DNA from: Actinomycetota bacterium
Lineage (GTDB): Bacteria; Actinomycetota; UBA4738
Direction: 5' to 3'
Length of the DNA stretch: 64,000 nucleotides
Assembly (NCBI GenBank): GCA_050692195.1
Contig: JBOGVA010000074.1
Coordinates: 8,309-72,308 of the forward strand
Shown here: piece by piece, positions 29,372 through 37,945 of the stretch
How the letters are laid out: each line of letters begins with the position of its first letter
Position numbering within the stretch: position 1 is the first letter of the stretch
Translations under genes and position numbers: made by a program
The notes under the pieces: model-generated
Databases searched by the model: none
Seen by the model: the letters and a program-made list of their open reading frames with translations, nothing else
Told to the model about the DNA's origin: nothing

Positions 29372-31300
29372 GTGCGGATCCGCTATGCGCAGTGGGACGG
29401 GACACAGGACCCGCTCGGCCCGGACCTGTCGACGGGCGACCTCATGGAGGCGATGTCGAACGACCTGCTCTCCGGGCGAGGCGCCGATCGGGCCCTGTCC
29501 CGGCTGATCAGACGCGGGATGCGGGGGCGCTTCACCGGGCTGGACGCGCTACGGGCCCGCCTGCAACAAGCGCGCCGCCGGGAGCAGGATCGACTGAACT
29601 TGCAGGGGCCCCTCCAGCAGATCCAGGCGCGCCTGGAAGAGATCCTCGAGGCCGAGCGCCGCAGGCTCTCCCTCAGTCCGGAGGACGACGCCCGTCTGCG
29701 CGAGCAGTTCCTGGAGTCGCTTCCCCCGGACGCCGCCGGGGCCATCAAGGAGCTCAGGGAGTACCGCTTCGTCGACCCCGAGGCGCAGCGGAAGTTCGAC
29801 GAGCTCATGGATTGGCTCGAACAGCAGGTCCTCGGCTCCTACTTCAGAAAGATGGCCCAAGGCATGAAGAGCTTGTCGCCCGAACAGCTGCAATCGTTCA
29901 AGGACATGCTCGCCGACCTGAACTCGATGATCGAGGCGCGGGACCGGGGGGAGGCCGTCGATTTCGAAGGCTTCATGAGGAGACACGGGGACCTCTTCCC
30001 CGACCAGCCGAAGACGATGGACGAGCTGCTCGAGAGCATGGCCCGGCGAATGGCCGCGATGTCACGCCTGATGGCGTCCCTCTCGCCCGAACAACGGGCC
30101 GAGCTCGAGGCACTGGCCCGTGAGGTGCTGGAAGACCTCGACCTCGCGTTCGAGCTGGACCGCCTGGCCCGTTCCCTGTCGGAGCTCTACCCCCGCATGC
30201 CCTGGGACGATCCCGCCCTCATGGGGGGAGACCAGTCGCTCCCCATGCAGGCCACCGTGGACGCCCTGGAGCGCCTGTCGGACTACGAAGAGCTGGATCG
30301 GTCGATGCGCGGGGACTACGCGGGCGCGGCGCTGGAGGACGTCGACGAGGACCGGCTGCGCCGCACACTGGGAGAGGCCGCCGTCCGGGACATCCGGCGG
30401 CTGAAGGATGTGGAACGCGCCCTCGAACGCGTCGGCCTGGTGACGCGATCGGGTGGCCGGCTGCGTGTTACCCCGCGTGGCGCCCGGAGGTTGGGAGAGA
30501 GAGCCCTGGTCCGGCTCTTCGAGCAGCTTCGGCAGGACCGGGAGGGCGCGCACGACGCTCGGAAGGCCGGCGGCGTTGCCGAGCCCACCGGAGGGACCCG
30601 GCCCTGGAGGTTCGGTGACAGCGCCCAGATCGCGGTTCAGAAGACGGTGTTCAACGCGGTCCTCAGGGGAGGACCATCGGGCCGTCCTCGGCTGCGGCCG
30701 GAAGACTTCGAGTTGGTGGAGGGGGAGAAGCGCACCGAGGCGGCGACCGCGCTGCTGCTCGACCTCTCGTTCTCCATGCCGCTCCGCGGTCACTGGGTGC
30801 CGGCGAAGAAGATGGCCCTCGCTCTGCACGCCCTCATCGAGGGCCGCTATCCGAACGACCGTCTGTACCTGATCGGCTTCTCCGACTACGCGCGTCAGAT
30901 ACGGCCCGAGGACCTGGCCGGCACGGGGTGGGAGCGGGTGTACGGGACCAACATGCAGCACGCGTTCAACCTGGCGGGCCGGCTGTTGGCGAATCATCCT
31001 CGCGCCAGCAGGCAGGTGATCATGGTCACCGACGGCGAGCCGACCGCTCACCTCGAAGAGGGCGAGGCCTTCTTCTCGTGGCCTCCGGTGCCGGAGACGA
31101 TCCGCAGGACGCTGTCCGAGGCGATGCGCCTGGCCAAGACGGGCGTGACGATCAATGTGTTCATGCTGGAAGACACGGCCAGCTTGGCGCGGTTCATGCA
31201 GCGACTGGCCCGTCTGACCAGAGGACGCGTGTTCCAGACCGCCGGCGAGGGACTGGGAGAGTTCGTGATCCGCGACTACGTCGCCCGTCGTGGCAGCTGA
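29372..31300 (+). CDS. von Willebrand factor A (VWA) domain protein with long N-terminal coiled-coil region
   Basis: 642 aa; C-terminal VWA fold (LLLDLSFSM MIDAS-like start, VIMVTDGEPT, VTINVFML); N-terminal 400 aa charged, helical. Confidence 0.8.
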   Translation: MRIRYAQWDGTQDPLGPDLSTGDLMEAMSNDLLSGRGADRALSRLIRRGMRGRFTGLDALRARLQQARRREQDRLNLQGPLQQIQARLEEILEAERRRLSLSPEDDARLREQFLESLPPDAAGAIKELREYRFVDPEAQRKFDELMDWLEQQVLGSYFRKMAQGMKSLSPEQLQSFKDMLADLNSMIEARDRGEAVDFEGFMRRHGDLFPDQPKTMDELLESMARRMAAMSRLMASLSPEQRAELEALAREVLEDLDLAFELDRLARSLSELYPRMPWDDPALMGGDQSLPMQATVDALERLSDYEELDRSMRGDYAGAALEDVDEDRLRRTLGEAAVRDIRRLKDVERALERVGLVTRSGGRLRVTPRGARRLGERALVRLFEQLRQDREGAHDARKAGGVAEPTGGTRPWRFGDSAQIAVQKTVFNAVLRGGPSGRPRLRPEDFELVEGEKRTEAATALLLDLSFSMPLRGHWVPAKKMALALHALIEGRYPNDRLYLIGFSDYARQIRPEDLAGTGWERVYGTNMQHAFNLAGRLLANHPRASRQVIMVTDGEPTAHLEEGEAFFSWPPVPETIRRTLSEAMRLAKTGVTINVFMLEDTASLARFMQRLARLTRGRVFQTAGEGLGEFVIRDYVARRGS

Positions 31301-31302
31301 CC

Positions 31303-32871
31303 CTAGCCCTGCACTCGGTCCGTGACCCGGATGAAGCTATAGAGGTGCTTGAGGTCGGGAAAGATGTGGTTGTCGTCCGGGAGGAGCTCCAGGCCGGCGT
31401 CGAAGTACAGGTTGAACAGCAGCCGGAACGTGTTGACCGGAGTGATCGACGGATAAAGGCCGGGCTTCTCGACGCCCGGAAGATGAAAAGCGTTCAGGAT
31501 GCTGAACTTCTGCTTGATCTGGTCAGGGCGAGTTTGCCAATCCTCCGAGAAGGGACCTTCATCGGCTTGGATGATGATCACCGGGCGCGATTCCTCGGGA
31601 CCTTCCAGAAGCCGATCCACGGCCTCCAGGACTTTCTGGTTCGTGAACATGAGCTGCTCGGTGTAGTTCTGCTCCAACGTCCTGGACTCCTGAGCCTTGC
31701 GCGAGATGAATCCGCCGTTGCGGTCGAATAGATACGGCTCGTGGGGCAGCAGGATGTGGGCGAAAACGAACGTCGGGCCGCCCAACTCTCGGGTCTCCGC
31801 GAGCTTCTCGAACTGGAAGAGCGGGCGTAGGTACTCCCGATGTCGGTGGTCCAGCCTGTCGATGGCGCCCCCGAACGCCGGGAGGATCGTGGATTCGAGC
31901 ACGGCGGACGAGAATTCGCTCAAATCCCCCTTCAGCCGCACGTTCAGGTCCGCCTGGGGGTTGGTGGCGGTGGGCTGCCACCTCGACCCGATGTGCACGT
32001 ACCGATATCCCCTCGACTTGAGGAAGCTCCCGACCTCGTGGTTCTGCAGCAGCTCGTAGATGGGGCCCCAGTTGTCCGGGGTGCCTCCTCCGTCCAGGCC
32101 GTTGAGAAACTCGAGGTTGAGCGAGGAGGCCAGGGAGTGGGCCGTCTTCGGATAGTTCGCCGTGCTGTCGGAGGCCACGTAGAACCCCCGGTCCTCCAGT
32201 GAGTCCAGGAAGGGCCGGTTGTCGAAGCCGAACTGACCTCGCAAGGCGGGCTCTCCACCGTAGCGGTCCAGGATGATGTAGTAGATGTCTGGCTTGCCCG
32301 CCGTGTCGGGCGACGCCGAGACGCCGAGGTTCCTCACTTCTTGGGCCAAGGTGGGCGACACGTCACCCCCCGAACGCAGCTCGTACCAGCCGATCGTCGC
32401 CAGGTTGCTGAGGACCAGCACGGCCGCAGCGATGTTGAGCCCCTTGGTGAGGAGCGCGGTGCGTCTTCCGGCTCGGACCGCCGCGATGACGCCCAGGACG
32501 GCCAGGGCTCCCCACATCGGTAGCAGGTAGAGATGGCGACCAAGCTCCACCCCTCCGATGGCCCAGCCTTCGATCCGAAGGAAGATCTGCCCGTACGAGA
32601 AGAACAGGAGCACAAGGACCGTCGCCACCAATCCAGCCCTCAGCCCATCCCCCCGTAGCGCAAGCCAGGCGACTAGCATCGCCAGGCCCGCGCCTGCCAT
32701 GAGCCCGATCAGCCAGGGCAAGACGTCGGTGAGAGGCACCGCGTATTCGACGTTGGAGGCGTAGACATAGAGCACGGGGAAGGCCGCCAAGAGGAAGGGA
32801 TGAATCACCGGCGGTCGCTTCTCTCGGTGCCCGCGCTGGGGCTGGCCTTCCGCGCTTGACTCAGTGTCCAT
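31303..32871 (-). CDS. membrane-anchored sulfatase/LTA-synthase-like (alkaline phosphatase superfamily) protein
   Basis: 522 aa; 5 N-terminal TM helices then sulfatase-like domain (DIYYIILD..., IIIQADEGP). Confidence 0.8.
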   Translation of the reverse strand: MDTESSAEGQPQRGHREKRPPVIHPFLLAAFPVLYVYASNVEYAVPLTDVLPWLIGLMAGAGLAMLVAWLALRGDGLRAGLVATVLVLLFFSYGQIFLRIEGWAIGGVELGRHLYLLPMWGALAVLGVIAAVRAGRRTALLTKGLNIAAAVLVLSNLATIGWYELRSGGDVSPTLAQEVRNLGVSASPDTAGKPDIYYIILDRYGGEPALRGQFGFDNRPFLDSLEDRGFYVASDSTANYPKTAHSLASSLNLEFLNGLDGGGTPDNWGPIYELLQNHEVGSFLKSRGYRYVHIGSRWQPTATNPQADLNVRLKGDLSEFSSAVLESTILPAFGGAIDRLDHRHREYLRPLFQFEKLAETRELGGPTFVFAHILLPHEPYLFDRNGGFISRKAQESRTLEQNYTEQLMFTNQKVLEAVDRLLEGPEESRPVIIIQADEGPFSEDWQTRPDQIKQKFSILNAFHLPGVEKPGLYPSITPVNTFRLLFNLYFDAGLELLPDDNHIFPDLKHLYSFIRVTDRVQG

Positions 32872-34141
32872 CGGACCGTCGGCCTCGCATCAGATACAGG
32901 ACCCGCTGGGAGCCTCTGATCGGCTCACGCCGTTCGATCGCGAACTCGGCCTCGAACGCCTTCTCGAAGCCTTCCTGAGTGTAGTCGGGAAAGACGTCCT
33001 CTCTGGTGGCCAAGAGGATCTGGGCCATGGGATCACTCTTCGGGACGAACTCCACGGCCAACCATGTACACATGCCCCTCAGGAAGCCCGCCAGTCGATC
33101 CAGCGGGACGTTGTTCCCGATCACCAGATGATGGATCAGCGCAAGCGCCAGCGCCATGCCGGCGGGCTTCCGCTCGAGCAGCGAGAGGCGCTCCCGGTTC
33201 TCCCATCCGATGCTGGGGCTGGGATTGGTGAGGTCCATGATCAGGGGAAGGACGCCCATCTCGGACTCCGTTACCACCCTCCGGTAGCTCACCTCCACCG
33301 CGGCCGGGTCCATGTCGAACGAGATCGTGGGGATGCCCTTGTCCGACGCCACGCGGCTGAACAGGCCCGTGTTCGCCCCGAGATCCCATACGTGCCTCGG
33401 GTCTGCCACCTGGATGAACGCGGCGACCAGGCTCATCTTGTGGTCCAGAGCCTCGGGAGTGTAGCTCAGGGCCTCCGCGTAGTAGCCGGACCACGCAGAC
33501 GGGCCGGGCTGCCAGCTGAGCTTCCGCACTGCCGCAGTGAGGCTGTCGATCAGCCCCCGGAAGGCGCGGAGGGTGAAGGGTCGATTCGTCGTTCGGCCCG
33601 TCGCGGGGGCTCGCGCCTGCCGGCGCTGGCTCCGAGCGTGGAGAAAGATGTGCAAGAGAAGAGGGAAGCGGAAGCGCGCGCGCATGGGGAGGAGGGTCGC
33701 GGCCAGGTCCATGGGGATGCCATCGATATGGATGCGGGAGAGCTGGCCCAGCCGGGCATCCCTGTAGCTGATGAGGGCCAGGGGCGCAAGGAAGTGCTGG
33801 CAGAACTGGCGATAGGCGACCCAGGGAGCACCTTCCCGTAGCTTCTCGAACGAGAGCGTGTCGATCAGCACGGGCCGTCCTCGATGGAACTGGATGTTGT
33901 AGGCGCTGGCGTCGCGAAGAGACATGTCATGGTCCATCGCCGTTCGCTGGATCGCGAGCGTCGTCAGGGCGGCGTCCTTCAGCTGGCTGAAGCACCACTC
34001 ATACGGGTAGGAGATGAACTCGACGTGCTCGGGTCGGATCACCCTGTAGGCGCCGTCGGCGACCGCGTAGCCCGCGTCGACCTCGTCGTGGGGAATCATC
34101 AACCCGGCCTCGACCAGGGTCGCATACAGGCCCGATCGCAT
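32861..34141 (-). CDS. class I SAM-dependent methyltransferase with N-terminal accessory domain
   Basis: 426 aa; motif I VWDLGANTGLFS in the C-terminal half; 11-nt overlap with the downstream sulfatase gene. Confidence 0.7.
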   Translation of the reverse strand: MRSGLYATLVEAGLMIPHDEVDAGYAVADGAYRVIRPEHVEFISYPYEWCFSQLKDAALTTLAIQRTAMDHDMSLRDASAYNIQFHRGRPVLIDTLSFEKLREGAPWVAYRQFCQHFLAPLALISYRDARLGQLSRIHIDGIPMDLAATLLPMRARFRFPLLLHIFLHARSQRRQARAPATGRTTNRPFTLRAFRGLIDSLTAAVRKLSWQPGPSAWSGYYAEALSYTPEALDHKMSLVAAFIQVADPRHVWDLGANTGLFSRVASDKGIPTISFDMDPAAVEVSYRRVVTESEMGVLPLIMDLTNPSPSIGWENRERLSLLERKPAGMALALALIHHLVIGNNVPLDRLAGFLRGMCTWLAVEFVPKSDPMAQILLATREDVFPDYTQEGFEKAFEAEFAIERREPIRGSQRVLYLMRGRRSDGH

Positions 34142-34254
34142 CAGGTGGTCGTAGGAGTCCCGGTACGGGAGATTGATCTGCCGGTACAGGCCGTCCGGGC
34201 GCGAGAAAAGGAACCCGCTGGGGTCGCGAAAGGAGCCCGGGACGACGGAGGGGA

Positions 34255-34506
34255 TCAGTCTTCCCGGGCCGATGGGCCCACCGGATGGGGCTCTGTCCGA
34301 GACGATCGGCGAGTGAAGAAGGCCCAGATCCGCCTCCAGAATGCCTTGACCGCCACCGCGGCCCCCAGCAGCCCGCCGATCAGGACCTGGAACAGAAAGC
34401 TGCCGGATCCCGGGTCGATGTACGCGTGAGCCGGAGGGATCGCGATCATCGTGAGATAGACGAGCAGAATGCCGGTCCAGAACATTCCGGATCTGCGGCC
34501 ACGCAT
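34255..34506 (-). CDS. small membrane protein, hypothetical
   Basis: 83-aa ORF with two hydrophobic segments; start ambiguous (possibly MFWTGILLV). Confidence 0.4.
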   Translation of the reverse strand: MRGRRSGMFWTGILLVYLTMIAIPPAHAYIDPGSGSFLFQVLIGGLLGAAVAVKAFWRRIWAFFTRRSSRTEPHPVGPSARED

Positions 34507-34627
34507 TCGCTTCCCTCCCTTGAGGCTCGGATCGCGGCGGATTCTACCTCACGTTCGCCTGGACGCCATTTTGTCAGTCCCCGGGGGCTGGCGAACACAT
34601 CCTGGCGAAAATAGGCTGTTTGGCTCG

Positions 34628-35773
34628 ATGGCGGATCCGTTCACTCCCGAAGAGGTCGACCGAGCCCGGCGCTATCACCGGGCGGGTTACCTGACCCTCC
34701 CCCTGGGCGTGGTCCTCTCGGTGACCACACTGGTGGTGCTCTCTTTCGGCTCCTGGGGCGACCGGCTCTACCGGCTGCTCGGGCCGTTTCCCTGGTGGGG
34801 GAGGACGCTAGCCTTCGCCGCCGTCGTCGTGGCGATCTCGTTCGCGGTTCGCCTTCCTCTGTCGCTCTGGCGCGGTTACCTGCACGAAAGGAAGTGGGGA
34901 TTCTCGACGCAGAGGCTCCTCGGCTGGTTCGCAGACCGGGCGAAGGGCCTGGTGGTCGGTCTGGTGCTCATTTCTGGAGCCATGCTCGGGCTGATCCTTC
35001 TTGCCCGGGTGTTTCCAGGGGGCTGGCCCCTGGCGGCGGCGCCTGCAGGCGCGTGCTTGATTCTGGTCTTGAGCTTCGTGGCTCCGGTCATCCTCGAGCC
35101 GATCTTCCATCGGTTCGCCCCAGTCGCGGAGCAGCGACTGGCCGAGGACCTTCGTGCTCTCGCTGCGAGGGCGGGCGTGCCGGTGAGAGACGTCCTCGCG
35201 GCCGACGCCAGCCGCCGGACCCGCAAGGAGAACGCGTACGTCTCTGGCCTGGGCCGAACCAGACGGGTGGTGGTCTACGACACTCTTTTGGCCCGGGCCC
35301 GGCCGCAGGTTCGTCTGGTGGTCGCCCACGAGCTGGGGCACCGACGGATGCGACATGTCGCCAAAGGAACGGCGCTGGGCATGGCCGGCATCATCCTGCT
35401 CGTGTTTGCCCTGTGGGCCCTGCTTCGAGACGAGGGGATCCTGGGCGCGATCGGGGCTCGCGCCGCGGGCGATCCGCGGGTCGTCCCGTTCGTCCTCCTG
35501 GTTGGGACCGCATTGAATCTGCTCTCCCTGCCGCTCCGAAGCGCGTTGTCACGCAGGTGGGAAAGGGATGCCGATCGTTTCTCGCTTGAGTTGACGCAAG
35601 ACGCGCAGGTGTTCGAGGACAGCCACCGCGCCTTGGCTCTGGCGAACCTCTCGGATCTGGCTCCGCCCAGGTTCGTCTACCTCGCGCTGTTCACACATCC
35701 CAGCCCGCCGGAGCGGATCGCCGCCGCCCGCCGGTGGGCTCGGCAGGCGCGGCCCCCTCCCACCACAGCGTAG
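34628..35773 (+). CDS. M48-family zinc metallopeptidase (Ste24/HtpX-like)
   Basis: HELGH zinc motif, multiple TM helices, C-terminal HPSPPERI; start at MADPFTPEEV. Confidence 0.8.
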   Translation: MADPFTPEEVDRARRYHRAGYLTLPLGVVLSVTTLVVLSFGSWGDRLYRLLGPFPWWGRTLAFAAVVVAISFAVRLPLSLWRGYLHERKWGFSTQRLLGWFADRAKGLVVGLVLISGAMLGLILLARVFPGGWPLAAAPAGACLILVLSFVAPVILEPIFHRFAPVAEQRLAEDLRALAARAGVPVRDVLAADASRRTRKENAYVSGLGRTRRVVVYDTLLARARPQVRLVVAHELGHRRMRHVAKGTALGMAGIILLVFALWALLRDEGILGAIGARAAGDPRVVPFVLLVGTALNLLSLPLRSALSRRWERDADRFSLELTQDAQVFEDSHRALALANLSDLAPPRFVYLALFTHPSPPERIAAARRWARQARPPPTTA

Positions 35774-36560
35774 CGACCGGGCGGTCGGTGAAGCCGAAGC
35801 GCCCGTCCCGCTCCACGATCCTGTGGCCGATGGCGGCTGCGATCTCGCTGTCGCGCTCGGAGCCCAGGCACAGCATGCGTCGCACGGAAGCGACGAGGTC
35901 GCCCCGTGTGGGGAAGCCTCCGGGTCGGGGAGCGTTCCAGTCGTGGCGCGAGGGATGCAGGCCGGCCTCGCGGAGTACCTCCTCGGCATCGTCGGCCGTC
36001 GGCGTGGTGGGCCGGGCCACGCCATGGAAGCGCATCCAGAGGTCGTTCATCGCTTGGAGCGGATGCGCCACCGTCATCTCCACCACCACACGACGCCGCG
36101 CATGGTCGGTCAGCCGGAGGGCGAACGTCCTGAGGTCGGGGGCGTTGTACACAACGTGGTGGCATACCACCACGTCCGCAACCGGCGACCGATCCGCAAC
36201 GTCCGGCCAGGTCCCCTCGATCGTCGTCGCCAGCACCCCCGAGGCCTCCGCGTGCTTGGTGAACTCCTCGAGCATCGCCGGGGAGGTGTCCACGCCGATC
36301 AGGCGGGAGGCCCGGCCGGCCAGGGGAAGTGAGGCCGCTCCCGCGCCACAGCCGACGTCCAGGACCGTTCCCCACTCGGGTAGCTCTTCCCGGGCACGCT
36401 GGTTGGAGAACGTCAGCTGCTTGGCGGCGGCCTGGGCCCTGCTCGTGAACAGGCCGACGGGGAACGCCCATGGCGACTCCGGAGCGGCCCGAAGGATGTT
36501 CTCGGGGATCGCCCATGCCCCCAGGGCATCCCGCCAGCGCTCTGCCGCCGTCGACATCGC
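35691..36560 (-). CDS. class I SAM-dependent methyltransferase
   Basis: Motif I VLDVGCGAGAASL, post-I GVDTSPAML; start at MSTAAERW; the upstream part of ORF 35691-37664 is a spurious extension; 3' ends overlap the convergent M48 gene by about 80 nt. Confidence 0.7.
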   Translation of the reverse strand, partial: AMSTAAERWRDALGAWAIPENILRAAPESPWAFPVGLFTSRAQAAAKQLTFSNQRAREELPEWGTVLDVGCGAGAASLPLAGRASRLIGVDTSPAMLEEFTKHAEASGVLATTIEGTWPDVADRSPVADVVVCHHVVYNAPDLRTFALRLTDHARRRVVVEMTVAHPLQAMNDLWMRFHGVARPTTPTADDAEEVLREAGLHPSRHDWNAPRPGGFPTRGDLVASVRRMLCLGSERDSEIAAAIGHRIVERDGRFGFTDRPVATLWWEGAAPAEPTGGRRRSAPAGWDV

Positions 36561-36607
36561 TGCGACGCTAGCAAGAGTCCCCGGTCGAGGGCCTGAGCCC
36601 CGGGAAG

Positions 36608-37039
36608 TCACGGAGACGTCAGCAGCTCCGGGGCCTGGGGACCGGCCGTCAACAGGAGCGAGCGATACCTGGGCGGCCATCCAGCCGGCCGGCCGCCTGC
36701 CTTGGAGAGGAGGACCGCCACCGCCACTCCACGGACCGCCACCTCGCCGCGGCACGACATCTCGAACCGATAGGTGACCGAGGTTTCCCCGACCGAGCTC
36801 ACCGCGAGACTGATGTCGACGAGGTCGCGGAACTGTAGGGGGCGCTCGAAGTCGGCCTCGATGTGAGCGCGGGGAAGGCGCCCGTAGACACGGTGAAGTA
36901 TCCCCAGGCGCTCCAGGAGCGCGGTCTCCGCGACCTCGATGAACCGGAAGGCGGCGGTGTTGTGGTAGGCGCCCGAAGCATCCGTGTCGGGCCATTCGAT
37001 CCGACGTTGGACCAGGATGCTGGCCGGCGAGGAGGGCAT
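36608..37039 (-). CDS. acyl-CoA thioesterase (hotdog fold, 4HBT/YbgC-like)
   Basis: 143 aa; WPDTDASGAYHNTAAFRFIEVAE catalytic N-terminus typical of 4HBT-class thioesterases. Confidence 0.75.
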   Translation of the reverse strand: MPSSPASILVQRRIEWPDTDASGAYHNTAAFRFIEVAETALLERLGILHRVYGRLPRAHIEADFERPLQFRDLVDISLAVSSVGETSVTYRFEMSCRGEVAVRGVAVAVLLSKAGGRPAGWPPRYRSLLLTAGPQAPELLTSP

Positions 37040-37088
37040 TGGAGCCTATTCTGTAGCGTCCTGGCCCGAGTGGCGACGGAGGGTCGGC

Positions 37089-37934
37089 GTGAAGGTCGGA
37101 GTGGGACTGCCCAACACCATCCCGCTGATGGACGGGCCGGTGGCGGTCGAGTGGGCCCGCCGAGCCGAGCGAGGTCCGTTCTCCAGCCTGGGGGTACTGG
37201 ACCGGGTGCCCTACGATAGCTTCGATCCCTTCGTCACGCTGGCCGCCGCTGCCGCTGCGACCAACCGCATAACGCTGGTCACCATGGTGGTGATCGGGCC
37301 ACTCCGTGGTTCCGTCCTCCTGGCCAAGCAAGCGGCCTCGGTCGATTCGATCTCCGGTGGGAGGCTCGTGCTGGGGCTGTCGATTGGGGCTCGCCGCGAG
37401 GACTACCTGACCGCACGGGTCGACCATCGAATCAGGGGCCGCAGACTCTCGGAACAGCTGTCGGCCCTCAGATCCCACTGGGAACAGGAGGCGTTCGTCC
37501 CGGGTACCGTCCCTCGTGCCGGGGCCCCGAAGCTCCTGGTCGGTGGGCTCACCGGGGAGGCGTTCGGCAGGATGGCCCGGTATGCCGACGGCTACGTGCA
37601 CGGCGGTGGTCCCCCTCGGGCCTTCGCCGGCGCCGCCTCGAAGGCGAGGGCCGCCTGGACCCAACTCGGCCGTCCCGGGCGCCCCGCGCTTTGGGGGCAG
37701 GGCTATTTCGCCCTGGGAGGAGGATCCGCCGGACCGGGCGCCGACTACCTGAGGGACTACTACGCCTTCACCGGTCCCTTCGCGGAGAAGATCGCCGCGG
37801 CGAACCTCACCACCCCCCAGGCAATCATGGACTTCGTGCGGGGCTACGAGGAGGCGGGATGCGACGAGCTGGTCCTCCTGCCGACGGTCCCGAGCATCGA
37901 GCAGGTGGACCGTCTGGCGGAAGTCGTGGGCTAG
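37089..37934 (+). CDS. LLM-class flavin(F420)-dependent oxidoreductase (luciferase-like monooxygenase family)
   Basis: GTG start (VKVGVGLPNT) behind a GGAGGG RBS; TIM-barrel LLM signatures. Confidence 0.8.
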   Translation: MKVGVGLPNTIPLMDGPVAVEWARRAERGPFSSLGVLDRVPYDSFDPFVTLAAAAAATNRITLVTMVVIGPLRGSVLLAKQAASVDSISGGRLVLGLSIGARREDYLTARVDHRIRGRRLSEQLSALRSHWEQEAFVPGTVPRAGAPKLLVGGLTGEAFGRMARYADGYVHGGGPPRAFAGAASKARAAWTQLGRPGRPALWGQGYFALGGGSAGPGADYLRDYYAFTGPFAEKIAAANLTTPQAIMDFVRGYEEAGCDELVLLPTVPSIEQVDRLAEVVG

Positions 37935-37945
37935 GGGAGGGTGCG

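Noticed and set aside
36561-37664. Upstream 370 aa of ORF 35691-37664
   Set aside because: It overlaps the thioesterase and LLM genes and has low-complexity composition. Only the C-terminal methyltransferase portion (from MSTAAERW) is credible.
37691-37945. N-terminal extension of the SdgC-like ORF
   Set aside because: It overlaps the LLM gene and is out of character (Gly/Arg-rich). The GTG start at 37946 with an RBS fits better.
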